A stretch of 40,836 nucleotides of DNA from Blastocystis sp. subtype 4. Lineage: Eukaryota. Below are positions 10,985 through 23,491 of the stretch, in pieces. The notes beneath the pieces were generated by a model that saw nothing but the letters and a program-made list of their open reading frames with translations, made no database searches and was not told where the DNA came from. Location: positions 1 through 40,836 of the forward strand of contig NW_014569473.1 of NCBI RefSeq assembly GCF_000743755.1. Direction: 5' to 3'. The position numbers and the translations under genes are program-made. Positions within the stretch are counted from its first letter, which is position 1. Each line of letters starts with the position of its first letter.

Positions 10985-13900
10985 ATGGACAACCTCTACA
11001 ACATTGGGAATAGTCTTAAATCGATTGATGTTGATAGTCACGAGTCCAAGCAGGGAGATGGTGGTGCTGTGAGTGATCAAGCCTTTCTTGGAACCGAGAA
11101 TCTCATGCCGGGTGTCACTACTGGAGCCAAGTCTCTGAGCTATCAAGATGTGTTGCAGTTGATTCCGGAGAGATATCGAAATGCTCCAGGAGCGCCAGAT
11201 CCTAATGCAAATGGGTTGGGTGTAGATTCTTCGTCGGATTCTGGTGATCAACAGTCAGTGCATTCTCAGGAGAATCCACAGTATCCTGAAGGGTTTCTAG
11301 ACTTGCTGAGTACAAATTGGACTGTTTCTTGTGAATGTAGATTCAGAAACTCAAAAGAGGTTAGAAAAGGAAGAAGACTTCAGTAATGGTATGGAAATGA
11401 AATGTAGTTTGTAACGGATTAGGTTTAGAGTTTTTGCAAAAGGAAGGAGAGGAATTCTTGAAAACACATGCGTTGAATGAATTCGATTTCGATCCAACCC
11501 CAAAAGAAGATTGGGCAAAGCAAATTATTTACGATATGAAGCCTTTTGATAATGTTATCAAATCTGGAGACCAAATAATTGCTCCATCAACCTATTTCGC
11601 TTTGAAATCACCATCTGAAGCGGAATTGCATAAAAAATTGGATTCTTTAACTGTTGAGAATACGTTGCTAAATGATCACTCTGGAAAGTCAACAACGAAG
11701 TTTGGTGGTTCACGTCGAGCGAGTCAACCGTTTATCCATCCTGCTGTTTCAATTTCTGAGAAAGGACAGGCTTCTTCACAACTCCGCAAATATGGTGTGA
11801 TTCCCGTGGAACAGGGTATTGTGAATAAAGAAGCATATGAACGAACACAACAAATATCAACTATTTTGGATGAAACTATTCCTCCAGAAGTGACCATTCC
11901 ATTGGTTGAGAAGACTGGATTAGCATTCTCTTTGAATGCAGAGGAGTTGGATAAGAATGTTCCCTCTCTTAATCATCCTCCTCAGAGTGCGATTCAGCCA
12001 GATCAATCTGTCACTGCTACATCTGACCCATTGAAAGATGATTCATTCTATCTCCAGCCATCTCTCTTGGATCCTATTCTCCCTTCTCCATCACCACTTT
12101 CTCAGTCGCTTGTACCTCATCCGTCAGCCAATTTAGATTCTTCTACTGACAACCATGTATCTCCTACTAACACTCCATTGTTTACTGGATCTGATCGGGA
12201 GCTGCTTGAAACACTACTCTTTGGAGAGAAGAAGGGCTTGTTAGATACTCCACGTTCTTCTGTTTCCGTTCAGCAGCAGCCTATCAGTATCCATCCTCCT
12301 GCTACATCCATTCTGCCTCAGTCACCTCAATCAAATCCGTCTCAACTCTACTCTCTTCAACCAAATGGCAAGCATCTCATGGTTACACATGAAGGCAGAA
12401 TTTGATTAGTTCATTCACTTCTAGAAAAGTCCTTACTATTAGCCAAATCTCCTGTTTGTGCTTTTGGTTGTGTAGAATTGAATGGAGTAAGACACAGTTC
12501 ACTAGTGATTCGAAACTGTTCCAAGGAATGTCTGCGAATCAGCATTCGTATTTGTAATGAAGATGGTGAAACCCCCTCATCAGTGTTTTCATTGGTCAGT
12601 TCGTCATTACTGACACTCAATGCAGCTGAAGAGACAACTCTCGTGTTATCATTTCATCCCTTGCTGGTGGAAGAGTGTTTGGGAACGATTCTGCTCACTT
12701 CCATGTCACTCCAATCAACTACAGAACTCTCAACTGTTTGTATCCCACTAATTGGATATGGTGGTTGTGCACAAGCTGAAGTCAAAGAAACAGAGAATGG
12801 ATTGGTTATTGGGAATCATGGGAATCGAACATTAAGTCTGTTTGTGTTATCCGTTGAGAAGTAGGAGTTAATGAACGAATTGATACCAAGCGGTCAACTA
12901 AACCCGTTGCAGACCTCCTCTGTATTGCCTGCCTGCGTAATTCTTCCTCCAATGATGCAATTTACCATATCTCAAAGAGAAATCATGGAAGAGTGGACGC
13001 ATCATAAAGTTGAATTCTTGGGGATCCCCTTACCAATAGTTGCCTTCTCAACTACGTCTTCTAGCTCTGACAAATGTATTGAAACGTCGTTTGTTGGATG
13101 GATTCCATCAGAATGCTTACCTTCATTGTACATCATCTCTACATCTCCTTATCCTACGACTTGTTATTACTACAGCAGATCATGTTAGTTCTACTCGTTC
13201 ACTACTCCATACAGTAGGATTAAGCTCATCGGAGATCGATATTGGACATGATGGTGATGATGGTGAACGAGTAAGTGATTGGGATATGAAGCAAGGAACT
13301 GTTGGACGTGGAAGGACACATTTTATGGATGTGGAAGTGGCTGGAATGAATAGTGAGGGACTGATTGTTGATATTGCTCGATTAGCCAAGGTTGAACAGC
13401 CTGGGAAGATGGAGGAATCTCCAGTTCCATTGCCATTACCGGAGAATCCTCCACTTGAGAACACACCACTTGAGAACACGCCACTTGCCAATCAATCCGT
13501 TGAGAAACCTGATCGATTGCAGCCACGAGTCGCTGATCATTCATTTGTGTGTCCATTCACTGATGGGTATGATAAACTGGAGTTTGATCACAAAACGAAA
13601 GGTGATTGGATCCCAGCTGAAGGAGAATCAATTAGTGTAGTGCCTCGCTTGTTATATGTGTCTCCAACCAGTGAAGGTGATACACACACAGAAGTCATCG
13701 TGTTCAATCATACTACAAATGATGTCGGTTATGCTGTTAGGATATATAGTCGTCATTATTTTGTAGATTCCATTTATTCCTCCTGAATTGGTAATTACTC
13801 CGAGTACTGGAACTGTAAATTCGTTATCGTGTGTTAAACTGAGTGTTTCGTAATGATGTTAGAAAAATGTGATAATTAGTTTAACGAAGTTGGGGATTCA

Positions 13901-14714
13901 ACAGTTTGGCAAGAGTATTCAGGTTTGGATTCAAGTGGGAGAAAGGAGATATGATATTGAAGTCAGAATACAGGCTTGTTCCATTGCTGGGCCACAAATT
14001 GAATTACAAGGTGAATCTTCTGTGTATTTGTCAGGTGGATTCCAGGGATTCCCTTATCAGCAACCTGGTTATTCATCACAACAACCCTATCAGCCATCTA
14101 CACAGCCTTATCAACCCTCTTCACAACCTTATCAACCATCATCACAGCCCTATCAACCTTTATCGCAACCTGGTTATTCATCACAACAGCCCTATCAACC
14201 GTCATCACAACCTTATCAATCTTCTTCACAACAGCCCTATCAACCGTCATCACAACCTTATCAATCTTCTTCACAACAGCCCTATCAACCCTCTTCACAG
14301 CCCTATCAACCATCTTCACAACTTGTTCAACAATCACAAACACCGAACTACAGCTACCCCTCTCAAGCTATCGTTGAAACATCACCCACACTTCATTGGC
14401 AAGGAAAAGATCGTGGGAATATGAATGTTTCTATTCGTGATAATCATATTACGATTCCTGAAGGAATGGTGGGATCCCAACTTTTCAAAGTGGTGATACA
14501 CAATTATTCAGATCATAAGGTGATGATCTCCTTGGATCCTGTTCTAGCACCTTTCAGCTGCTCTTATCATGATATTGTGATTAATCCGTAAGGGCTCGGA
14601 ATTTACTTGATGAATAGAAAGAGGAAAGTACGTATCCCTATTGCGTTCAGTGCACCTGGAGATGGTCACAGTTACTCTTGTGTGATCGGAGCTAGTGTTT
14701 CATATGTTGACTAG
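10985..14714 (+). CDS. Large protein with disordered N-terminus and ASH/SPD2-like Ig domains, CEP192/SPD-2-like (multi-exon)
   Basis: VIRNCS...LTLNAAEETTLVLSFHP...IPLIGYGG...IGNHGNR resembles the CEP192 SPD2 domain (IPLSGYGG...VRNTG, from memory). Further ASH-like segments are VIVFNHTT and VVIHNYSD. The 3' end is ambiguous. Confidence 0.55.
13451..13489 (+). repeat. 15-nt coding tandem repeat (PLENT x2.5)
   Basis: CCACTTGAGAACACA CCACTTGAGAACACG CCACTTGCC. Confidence 0.8.
14053..14321 (+). repeat. Coding tandem repeat of 21/24-nt units encoding QPYQPSS / QQPYQSSS
   Basis: About 12 imperfect copies of cagccctatcaacc(a/g/c)tc(a/t)tca, visible directly in the DNA and in ORF 13869..14591. Confidence 0.9.
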
Positions 14715-14756
14715 TTACTTTTAATGTTTCGATTGAGTGTTTCTTAGTTTTACTTG

Positions 14757-16420
14757 ATGAAAGAACAGATTGATGTTCAGTCGATCCCTATTTCGATTCA
14801 AAATACGTTGAATGAGCAGTTTCTCTCAATCCTACAGTAACTGTAATATCATCTTTTAATTACTAGAGAGTACCACTTTTGTGAATCTGAAGATGGATTA
14901 AGACATCGAGAAGAGATTATCCAGTTTCTAAGGAGTCTAGCGAACAAATGGCTACGAGAAACACTCAAGCAAGACGTATATAAAATGAATGGATATCATG
15001 TAGGGTATTTCACCAAGTATTTATGAAACAGCTCAATGTCTATTTGTTCCTTATGGATCGTATGCTCTAGGTGTGTGCTCTCCATCATCCGATATTGATG
15101 TGTATTTGTGAAGGTAAGCGATTGAGATGTAGAGCATGTATTGTTCCAAATGCACTCACAACGGGATCATTCTTCACTGATTTCTATTCAATGCTCAAAA
15201 AGGAAAAGAGAGTCTCCAGCATTCTCGCAGTTACAAATGCGTAAAGGAAGTTCACTTCTTCACCTCTAGTTTTGTTCCTATTATTTCAATTGGAATTGAT
15301 GGTATTAGTGTTGATATCCCCATCATTGTAATTCAAACCTTGGAATACTCCATTCCAGACGACTTTCACTATTCCGACTTCTCCTTATTTGGTCACCTCT
15401 CAATCGACTCTATTCGTAGCCTCCAAGGCCCTTGTACAACGGAGAAACTGCTTTCCATCATCCCTAATCGTGAAGTCTTTAAACAAGCTCTTAGCGTTCT
15501 GAAACTATTTGCAAAGGTAAGAATGAATTAGCATATTAATCCTAGCAACGAGGCATCTATCGAAATGTGAATGGATTCTTTGGTGGAATCAATCTTTCCA
15601 TCATGTTAATCTTTCTCCTTCAAAAACATCCCAATTATTCACTTTCCCAATTACTCATTGAATTCTTCCAAGAATTCCATTCGTTCAATTGGTCAGGTTT
15701 TCTTGCTTTAGGTCCAATTGAACATCATGTAGAACTGGAATGTGATCGATTGGTATGGAGCCAAACTCATGGAGGAAGAGAATGTATGGTGATTCTGACT
15801 CCGAGTTATCCATCAATAAATTCCATGCGAAGCGCAACACTTTCATCAAGAGACGTGATAATAGAAGAATTGAATCGTGGTTGGACTGTTTGTTGTGGTG
15901 TTTTGCAGGATACAATTGATCTGATTCGGTTATTTGATCGATTGGATTTCTGTCTGGTTTATCCATATTACATCCAAATTCAACTGTCATCAGAGAATGA
16001 ATGTCAGTGGCATGATTGGTTAGGATGGTGTGAAAGCAAGTAGATAAGGAAGGAAGGAGTAATAGATTAGATTACGAATTTTTACTGTCTATTTAGAAAG
16101 CATTGAAGGTATTCGTGCTATTGTTGGAGATATTAGCAATGAAGATGAGTTAAGACCCTATAATGCTTATCGTTATATTGGGCTATCTCTTTCAGCAGCT
16201 TTAGAAAAGGAAGAGAAGATTACGCTAAGTCAACCATTGAACTCGTTTATTGATATACTGAGATAGTAAAAGATGGATAGAATGAATGATGAATAGTAAT
16301 CAAGAGAAGGGAGATATGATATCACTCAAAGTGAGAATGAAATCAAAGGTTGATTGATAGATTCTTCGTCGTGATGAAATGGAGTTGATTCCTACTGTTC
16401 AATATGATATGGATGATTGA
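14757..16420 (+). CDS. PAP1: Canonical poly(A) polymerase (multi-exon)
   Basis: YGSYALGVCSPSSDID nucleotidyltransferase motif, third Asp in DGISVD, LKLFAKQRGIY, GFFGGIN, MVILTPSYPSINS and WLGWCESK. TGA 16418-16420. Confidence 0.9.
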
Positions 16421-16486
16421 ATGTAGTTGTTGGTGTTTGTGTAATAATAATCCATGATAGAATATCAAATGAATCCAACAAACATA

Positions 16487-18350
16487 TCAAATTAACACTT
16501 CTTCATCAAAGTGAAGGTTCTTCAATACTACGTCTTTCACTTGCCGTATCTTCCAACTGTCATAATCAAATACATTCATATCACACACTTCACCTTCCTC
16601 TGTCATCTATTCCTTATTCCCTTCTTCAATACTCACGCGAATGGCACTACTCTGGAAATACCACTTTCGTTCATTCGCCTCATACTTCCAATTATTCTTT
16701 TGTAATGATCGAGCAGCTATGTATTGTTGAAACGAATTTTGTCTTTTCGCAAATGCGAAAAACGCAACATCCAGAGGTAAACCATGCCAGTTGTCATTCG
16801 ATAACACTGGAAGGGGATTCACGGGGAAACAATCAGGAATGGCGACAGGAGTTTGAGGTCGGAATACAGGCTCACAACTGACATCTGTGGGTCTCGGGAG
16901 AGGTTGTGATAAAACCTCCAGAAGGAAATCTAACAGAGCTAAGCGGGACCATGCAGGAGGCCCACAGCGAGGAGTAGCAAGCGACGAGGACATAGCCGTA
17001 GAAGCTCGCAAAGAAGCCAATACAGGTGTGATGGGTTTAGGAGGTACAGGAGACGAAGGAGCAGTGTCAGGTAAGGATGGCTTGGCTGGAAGAGAAGAAT
17101 CATTGGATTTAGTGGGAACAGGAAGTGAAGTAGTTCGTTGTAATGCCGGCTTGGTGGATTTTACTGTGAGTCAGAGAATGATCGAATGGTTACGAGAGCG
17201 TTGAATGATCTCAGAATAGTTGATAGGCCTGACTCCAGTTAGTGGTTTCAATGGTTCTATTCATTCATCTGATTGGGTGACAATACTTTTCCACGGGGAA
17301 GCAGCAACAGGAGGAGGAGTGGGAGTTGGAGTAGGAGTTGGTAGGACAGTAGGAGTAGAAGTTGGGATAGGAGGAGTCGTAGTAGAAGAGGCTCGAACAA
17401 GAGTGGAAGATCGAACCGAACTTGTAGTGGTGATATCGGAATTCTTGGAATGATGAGATAAAGAAATGAATACTGAATCAGAAAGATCTGAATCAGAATC
17501 GGATGAAGTTGGTTCTGATGCAGGAGGAGCCGAAAGAAGATCGAAATCTTCATACACAGAATCATCAAAGAAGAAATCAGGATTTCGATAATTCTGAATG
17601 TAGTCTGCAACACCATCTAAAATGGGACTAACATCAAACGGACTGATGATATGATTATCAATTTGGCGCAATACAAGTTCTAAGTTTTTAATATGCCAAT
17701 GATGATGCTTAATAAAGGTTTCATAGCGAGTAATCGCTACTTGATTCTGATTACGTTTTCGAGCTTTTTCTTTATTTATCTCACATTCACATTCTTCAAT
17801 TTCGTGTGTCAGCTCACTAATCTGACGACGAAAAGCCTCTTGTACTTCTTGTCGTTTTTCCTATTCCTAAGCAACATAACCAACAGTCACATCTTGAGGT
17901 GTTTGCTTACTGGGTTGTTTTAGTCCCTCTTTGGAAAAAGCTTTCGTTTTAGTTTCACGTTCACACTCCCTGAATTTCAACATTCGGTCTTCAATCTCTT
18001 CCTTTGCGGAATTAATTCGTTCCGAAAACTGCTAGCCATGAGACAAAACTACAAACATCACCGCTATTGTCGTATCTGAACTAGCTGTCCATGCTTTTAA
18101 ACTTTCACGCTGCCTTTGAAGCTTTTTGATTTGTTTCTTGAGATCACTCTCATACTTCTCCTTCTGAGTCTGAGATTCTGCACTATACACCTATTAAAAT
18201 ATTGGAATTCAAATTAGTATACTCGGTCCCATATTTCTTCAAACTCCACCAACAATTCATCGATCTTCTTTAGAGTACTTTCGATTGTTGCTACAAAGAT
18301 GAGGGTAGTACAAAACAATTAATACCCTTTAACTTTCGATTCTGACTCAT
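16487..18350 (-). CDS. CNOT3: CCR4-NOT subunit Not3 (multi-exon)
   Basis: N-terminus MSQNRKLK..IESTLKKIDE..VEFEEIWDR...QKEKYESDLKKQIKKLQRQRE, a P/S/T-rich linker, and a NOT-box LDVAFFAF...QQYIAARSLQKNNWKY. Confidence 0.9.
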
Positions 18351-18519
18351 AGCAAGGAGATATTGATTGATTTTCAAATACCTAAAATATCTCCTATTTT
18401 TGGATCTCTTTGATCATTAAGAATCATTGTACATTTTCACTTATTCAACTCTGATAATGATAGCAATGTTACATATAGTGATTTTTATGTAGTTTGGGAT
18501 GAATGACATCGGTATCCAT

Positions 18520-21500
18520 ATTACCAACTGATTTCAAGATTGTCTTTAACAAATACACCAATAGCAGAGCAAGCAATAAACACAGAGATTATTCCTTAAA
18601 CCAGGAATACACAGTAGGTTTCGATCCTGTACGAACAATAGATTTTGCTTCGGAAAGCAGGGCAGCAAGGAATTGAGCCTTGAAAGAATTCAGAGATGTG
18701 TCTATTCCTCATAGTGATTGTACTAACCTCACTTTTCAGTTGAGCTGGATTCATCTCACGTAATTCTGCAAGGGTTGAAATACCATTTGCATTCAGTGAC
18801 TCATAACAATCCTCACATGAATGATTGAATAACCACTGATACACTAAACTTCACATTCACAATCCATTCTCACATTCATTTGATAGCGTCTCATTCTTCA
18901 CTTCAAACATACTAATATTGGACCATTCACTCCATCCATTCGTGTTATGACAACGAACACGGAAGGTGATCCACTGATGCATAAACAGAGGGATAGATAA
19001 CATCACATCTAAATATCATTCGATTTCTGGAATGGTACAATTCGTAGGAATTGTGTCAGGAAGTTTCAATTCCATATTCATCAAAGAATTCCGAATTACC
19101 ACTTCATAGCGATCAATCATGGGAATACCATCAATTTGCCCAAGAGAACTCCACCTTAAGAGCATAGTCGAGGGATCTTGCGTGAAACATTGAGGTGAAG
19201 AAGGAGCTGCTGGGACACGATAACTGTTCACGAGGATTTGAAGGAGAGAAGGATCACCAATACGTTCAGCAAGAGTTAGAGGTGTGAACGACTGATGATT
19301 GCGAATTGTGAGAGAGACTGAGAATGACATTAACGCAGTCAGAGTAACAGTGTTACCATGGAGAACAGCGATATGAAGTGGAGTGTGACCTAAGTGAGAG
19401 ATCAAAACAAAGACTTACCTTCTTCATCCTGACCATTGAGATCAAGACCAAGAGAGATTGCATAGCTGATGAAGGCATGAACTGCAGGGGAATAACAATA
19501 TGCAGCAATCAAATGAAGAAGAGTTTGATTCTTAGGAGTAATAAGAGAGATTGATTGAGATTGAAGCTCTTGAAGAATAGAAATTGAATTAGCATGAACA
19601 GCGTAATAGTAGCAAGCAGTGTATTCATGAATAGTGTGTGTAGAGAGCAGTTGATGGTTATTTAATAGTGCATGAAGCAATATGGGAGTATTGCGCATAC
19701 ACACACAATCAATGAATCTTACTTCTTCAAATATCCCCAATGAATACGATTGATTCCAATCATATTCAATCTCATGTAATGATTCTATTAGTTTCAATCC
19801 TTCCTCATCTGATATTTCAAGGATTGTCATAAGTACACTTTCTGGACACTCTGTAATCGTTGTCTTTAGTTGATTGCCATTCATTCCTTTCAATCGTTTC
19901 TAATCATGATTCCACCTCGTCTTCACATACTTCATTCCATCGTCTGTTTCGATTGTCATAATCTACACATACTTGATCATTCCCTCGACTCTGTACTGTC
20001 ACAGATTCAATCTCCGTCTCTTTACCTGATTGAAAATCGTATGACTGACTCCAATCTGAAAACCCATTCGAGTTCTGACATCGAATCTTGTATTTGTAAC
20101 CTGTATCAGGAGACAAATCTGTTAGTTTCAAGGTTACAGTATCACGTGTGGGAGTTTCATTTAGATCCAATGAAACAGTTGTTGAGGTTGCCAAGAGAGA
20201 GGACTTCTTATAGGATACTTCCACACGTTTAATTATCATGAGGGTTTGATTATCAAGAGGAGATGGTAACTGAACAGTTACCTCAGCCTCTGTAGCAAAC
20301 ACTTGAACGGTGCTCTTCTGGACTGGTTCAGGGACACTGCCATAATGTTTAAGCAGTCTCACTATTGATTCTCCTGCCTTTTCTTCTGCCAAATCCAGAG
20401 CAGTGAAACCGTCAGCAGTTTCAGTGGTAGGAGAAATGCCCAAATCCAGACAAAATTTGGTCATACGTTCCTGGTTTGTGAGAACTGCTAAATGAAGCAG
20501 ATTGTACCCCATTGGCATCATTTCATAGTCACTCTTAAATTCATGAAGAAGGAGCCATTGAACCACATCTACATGACCTCCTTGAACAGCAATCACAAGG
20601 GCATTTCGTCCACGTTGATCCGTAGCAGTGATATCGGATGAAGCAAGTCGAGGGAGAAGACATTGGAGAATGTTGAGATTCCCGCGGTCAGCTGCAATAA
20701 GGAATGGAGTGAGTCCATTCTACTAATGATTGAGATCAGTCTCACTCACGTTATCAGGCAAGTTTACATCAGATCCAGCACTAAGAAGAAGCTTAACAGT
20801 AGCTTCATTCTGGTGATAAACTGCCAAATGAAGAGGAAGTGACCCATTCTAATTGTGAGAGGAATACTACAAATGTACTCTAGATTTCTCATTCACGTTC
20901 AACAATTGATGGTCTACAATATACTGAACGATTGAGGAAGCATGTTCATTAGATGAAGCTGCAGCCACATGGAGAAGTGTCATCCCGTACTTGTTTCTTA
21001 GACTTTGAATGTCCAATCCACTTTGAATAGCCTCATTCAAATCATTCACTCCATTCTGTATAAAACGATTCATTTGTGATGAGACATCTATGGATCACTT
21101 CCTTCTCTCGAATATACCTTGAGAATCTATTTGACGTTGTTTCTCCAATGCTTGAGTCAATCCTTCAATCAATGTTTGATCTACTCCCAAAGGCTGTTTT
21201 AGTTTCTTTTCGTGTTTTATTGAAGACTCACTTAGTGTATGACGCTTCGGATGGTTCTTTTTCGTATCTTCTTGATAAGTATCAACTACTACACAACTTA
21301 TAATAACTGAACATTATCACCATCTTTTGGACAAAATGAGACAGGAGACGAAAATTCACCCCAGCCATACTTATTAGCAAATCGTACTCGGAGTTGATAC
21401 TTCTGATTCTCACTCAAAGGAGGAAGAATGAAGTGATTGGTCAATATGTCAGCCTTCTCCACTTGTTCCTCTCGATCATGCAATACTGACTCATGATCTT

Positions 21501-22794
21501 GCATATAGGCACATGCTAACTCAATTGCTTTTCGTTCCTCCAGATCTGAATCTGATTCAACATCTGTCAACTCAGTATCTTCAAAATGGGAACTAGCAGC
21601 AGGAGGACCCTCTTTAAATGGTGTATCGGATACCTTGATGATCTGAAGGGTCTTCCAGGGATCAAAAAGTCTATGTTGTTTCAACTGAATCTCAACCGCG
21701 GTTATTTGAGGATAATAGTTGATGGGTCGAGGATCTGACCAGATAGCCACCAAGTCTGTTTTCGATGCACGAACAACATCAGCAGAAGAAGGTCGAGGAG
21801 GAGCTGAGTATTATCGATCCAATCCACTCATACATGAAACAGCCTCAAGAAGAGACACACAATCATCATGATTTGCGGCTTCGGCAAAATCCATAGGAAA
21901 TTCTCCTTTCTTATTCTGAACACGAACAAAAGCCCCTCTATGAAGAAGCGATTTGATAATATGCAGATTGCCAGTTAAACAAGCATAGTGCATACAACAA
22001 TTACCTGCCTAGATGATCATGGAGGGAATTGATACTTACACTATCAATTCGATTGATATTGATATTGGAATAGCGATAGAAAATATGGAACAAACTAGTC
22101 CGTTCCAAACGTACACTCTCCATTAATGCTGTTCTTCCTTCTTTTGTCGTTGTATTCACATTGGAACCATGAATGAGCAATTCGAGGACAGTAGATGGAG
22201 AACAATTGCCTTCAATGCTCAGTAGCAGGGCATCACGACCATCCTGTAAATTATTTTCTTTCGTCATCCATACCTTTGCTTTTGCATTTATATCTGAAAT
22301 CAGCTTGTTCTGAAGTAAATACTTGACAGTTTCATTACTTCCCTGGGAGCAGCTCATATGCAACGAGTTTCGTCCCTTCTATACCATCAAGTCACAGACC
22401 CACAGATACTGAATCCACATCATTCGCATCAACTCCCTTTTCTGTCAACATCACAACAACATCCAAATGATTGCGATACGCAGCATGTGAAAGAGCGTTC
22501 GCACCTTTCTAGAGTATTAGCTAATTCGCTGGATCCTTACTTTATTCTTAGCATATAAATTAGCACCCTTCTCAAGCAAAAGTTTGGCAGCATCGATATT
22601 CCCATAGAAGCAGGCAACAAGAAAAGCCGTTCGTCCATCCTTGTTCTCATCATTTTCATGAATATCCTACTTCTCGTGGTATATCAATAGCTTCGCCACT
22701 AGATAAACACCGTAGAATCCCATCACAGTCATTTCGTTCTGCACAATTTGTGATTTCAGGATTATCTTGAGCTTTCTGACCCATAGTAATGTGT
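18520..22794 (-). CDS. Ankyrin repeat / fibronectin type III / SAM domain protein (multi-exon)
   Basis: Many ankyrin motifs (GRTAF, GMTLLHVAA, GHTPLHIAV). Three FN3 ends: YQLRVRFANKYGWGEFS, YKYKIRCQNSNGFSDWS and FRVRCHNTNGWSEWS. SAM-like VYQWLFNHSCEDCYESLNANGISTLAEL. The 3' end is uncertain. Confidence 0.8.
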
Positions 22795-23171
22795 TTCTAA
22801 GCACAAAGAACTGTAAGAAAAGCGATTGTGAGGATAGAAATCGATTGGAATCAGTAACCCTTTTTTATTTGGATCTAAATGAACAATCTATGAGTTCTGT
22901 TCCCTTTTGTAAGAATCAGTTTCATTCATCTCTGCAGTTTCTTAAACTAGTTCGATAAACGATCTGGCAGTGTTTATAATCATGTTGTGGTAAAATGGGT
23001 ACACTAGTTCAGCACAATGTTCCATTTGTTCCAGTGAGAATCTGAATATAATAGGGTCACATGAACCAAAACTTGGTATGTATATGAGTATATTTCCTGT
23101 TTTTACTAGACCCTATTCTATAAAGACTTCAAACATAACCGTTTTCTGATTCACAAAAACTCGTTAATAGA

Positions 23172-23428
23172 ATGCATATTACTGCTAAGTACTTCGATAA
23201 TGTGTACGACCTTGAAGTCGAGCCTAGTGATTCACTGCTCTCTCTGAAGAAGAAGATTTCTGTAGGTAATGTTTTAGAACATTGATATCGCAGTCTATGA
23301 CTCACTTAACCACAGATGAGGTGCAGGTGATGATTGGAGATAAGATCCTCCACCTGGAGAAGAAGCTGTCCTATTACGGAATTGAAGAGGGTACTGAACT
23401 GTATGTTTTCAAGAAGAAGATGGTTTAA
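23172..23428 (+). CDS. 74-aa stand-alone ubiquitin-like protein without C-terminal di-Gly
   Basis: Exons 23172-23261 and 23294-23428 give MHITAKYFDNVYDLEVEPSDSLLSLKKKISSMTHLTTDEVQVMIGDKILHLEKKLSYYGIEEGTELYVFKKKMV. LEVEPSD and LSYYGI are ubiquitin-like. Confidence 0.8.
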
Positions 23429-23491
23429 GCAGTTATTAACGGGAATTCAGAATAGCTGTAACCTTGTTTCTTAGTTTGTTGAACAAACAAG

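Noticed and set aside
14053..14321. CRISPR-like array
   Set aside because: No unique spacers; it is an in-frame coding tandem repeat in a eukaryotic gene.
22800..23170. Possible snoRNA or small gene in the longer intergenic gap
   Set aside because: No convincing C box/terminal stem and no coherent spliced ORF.
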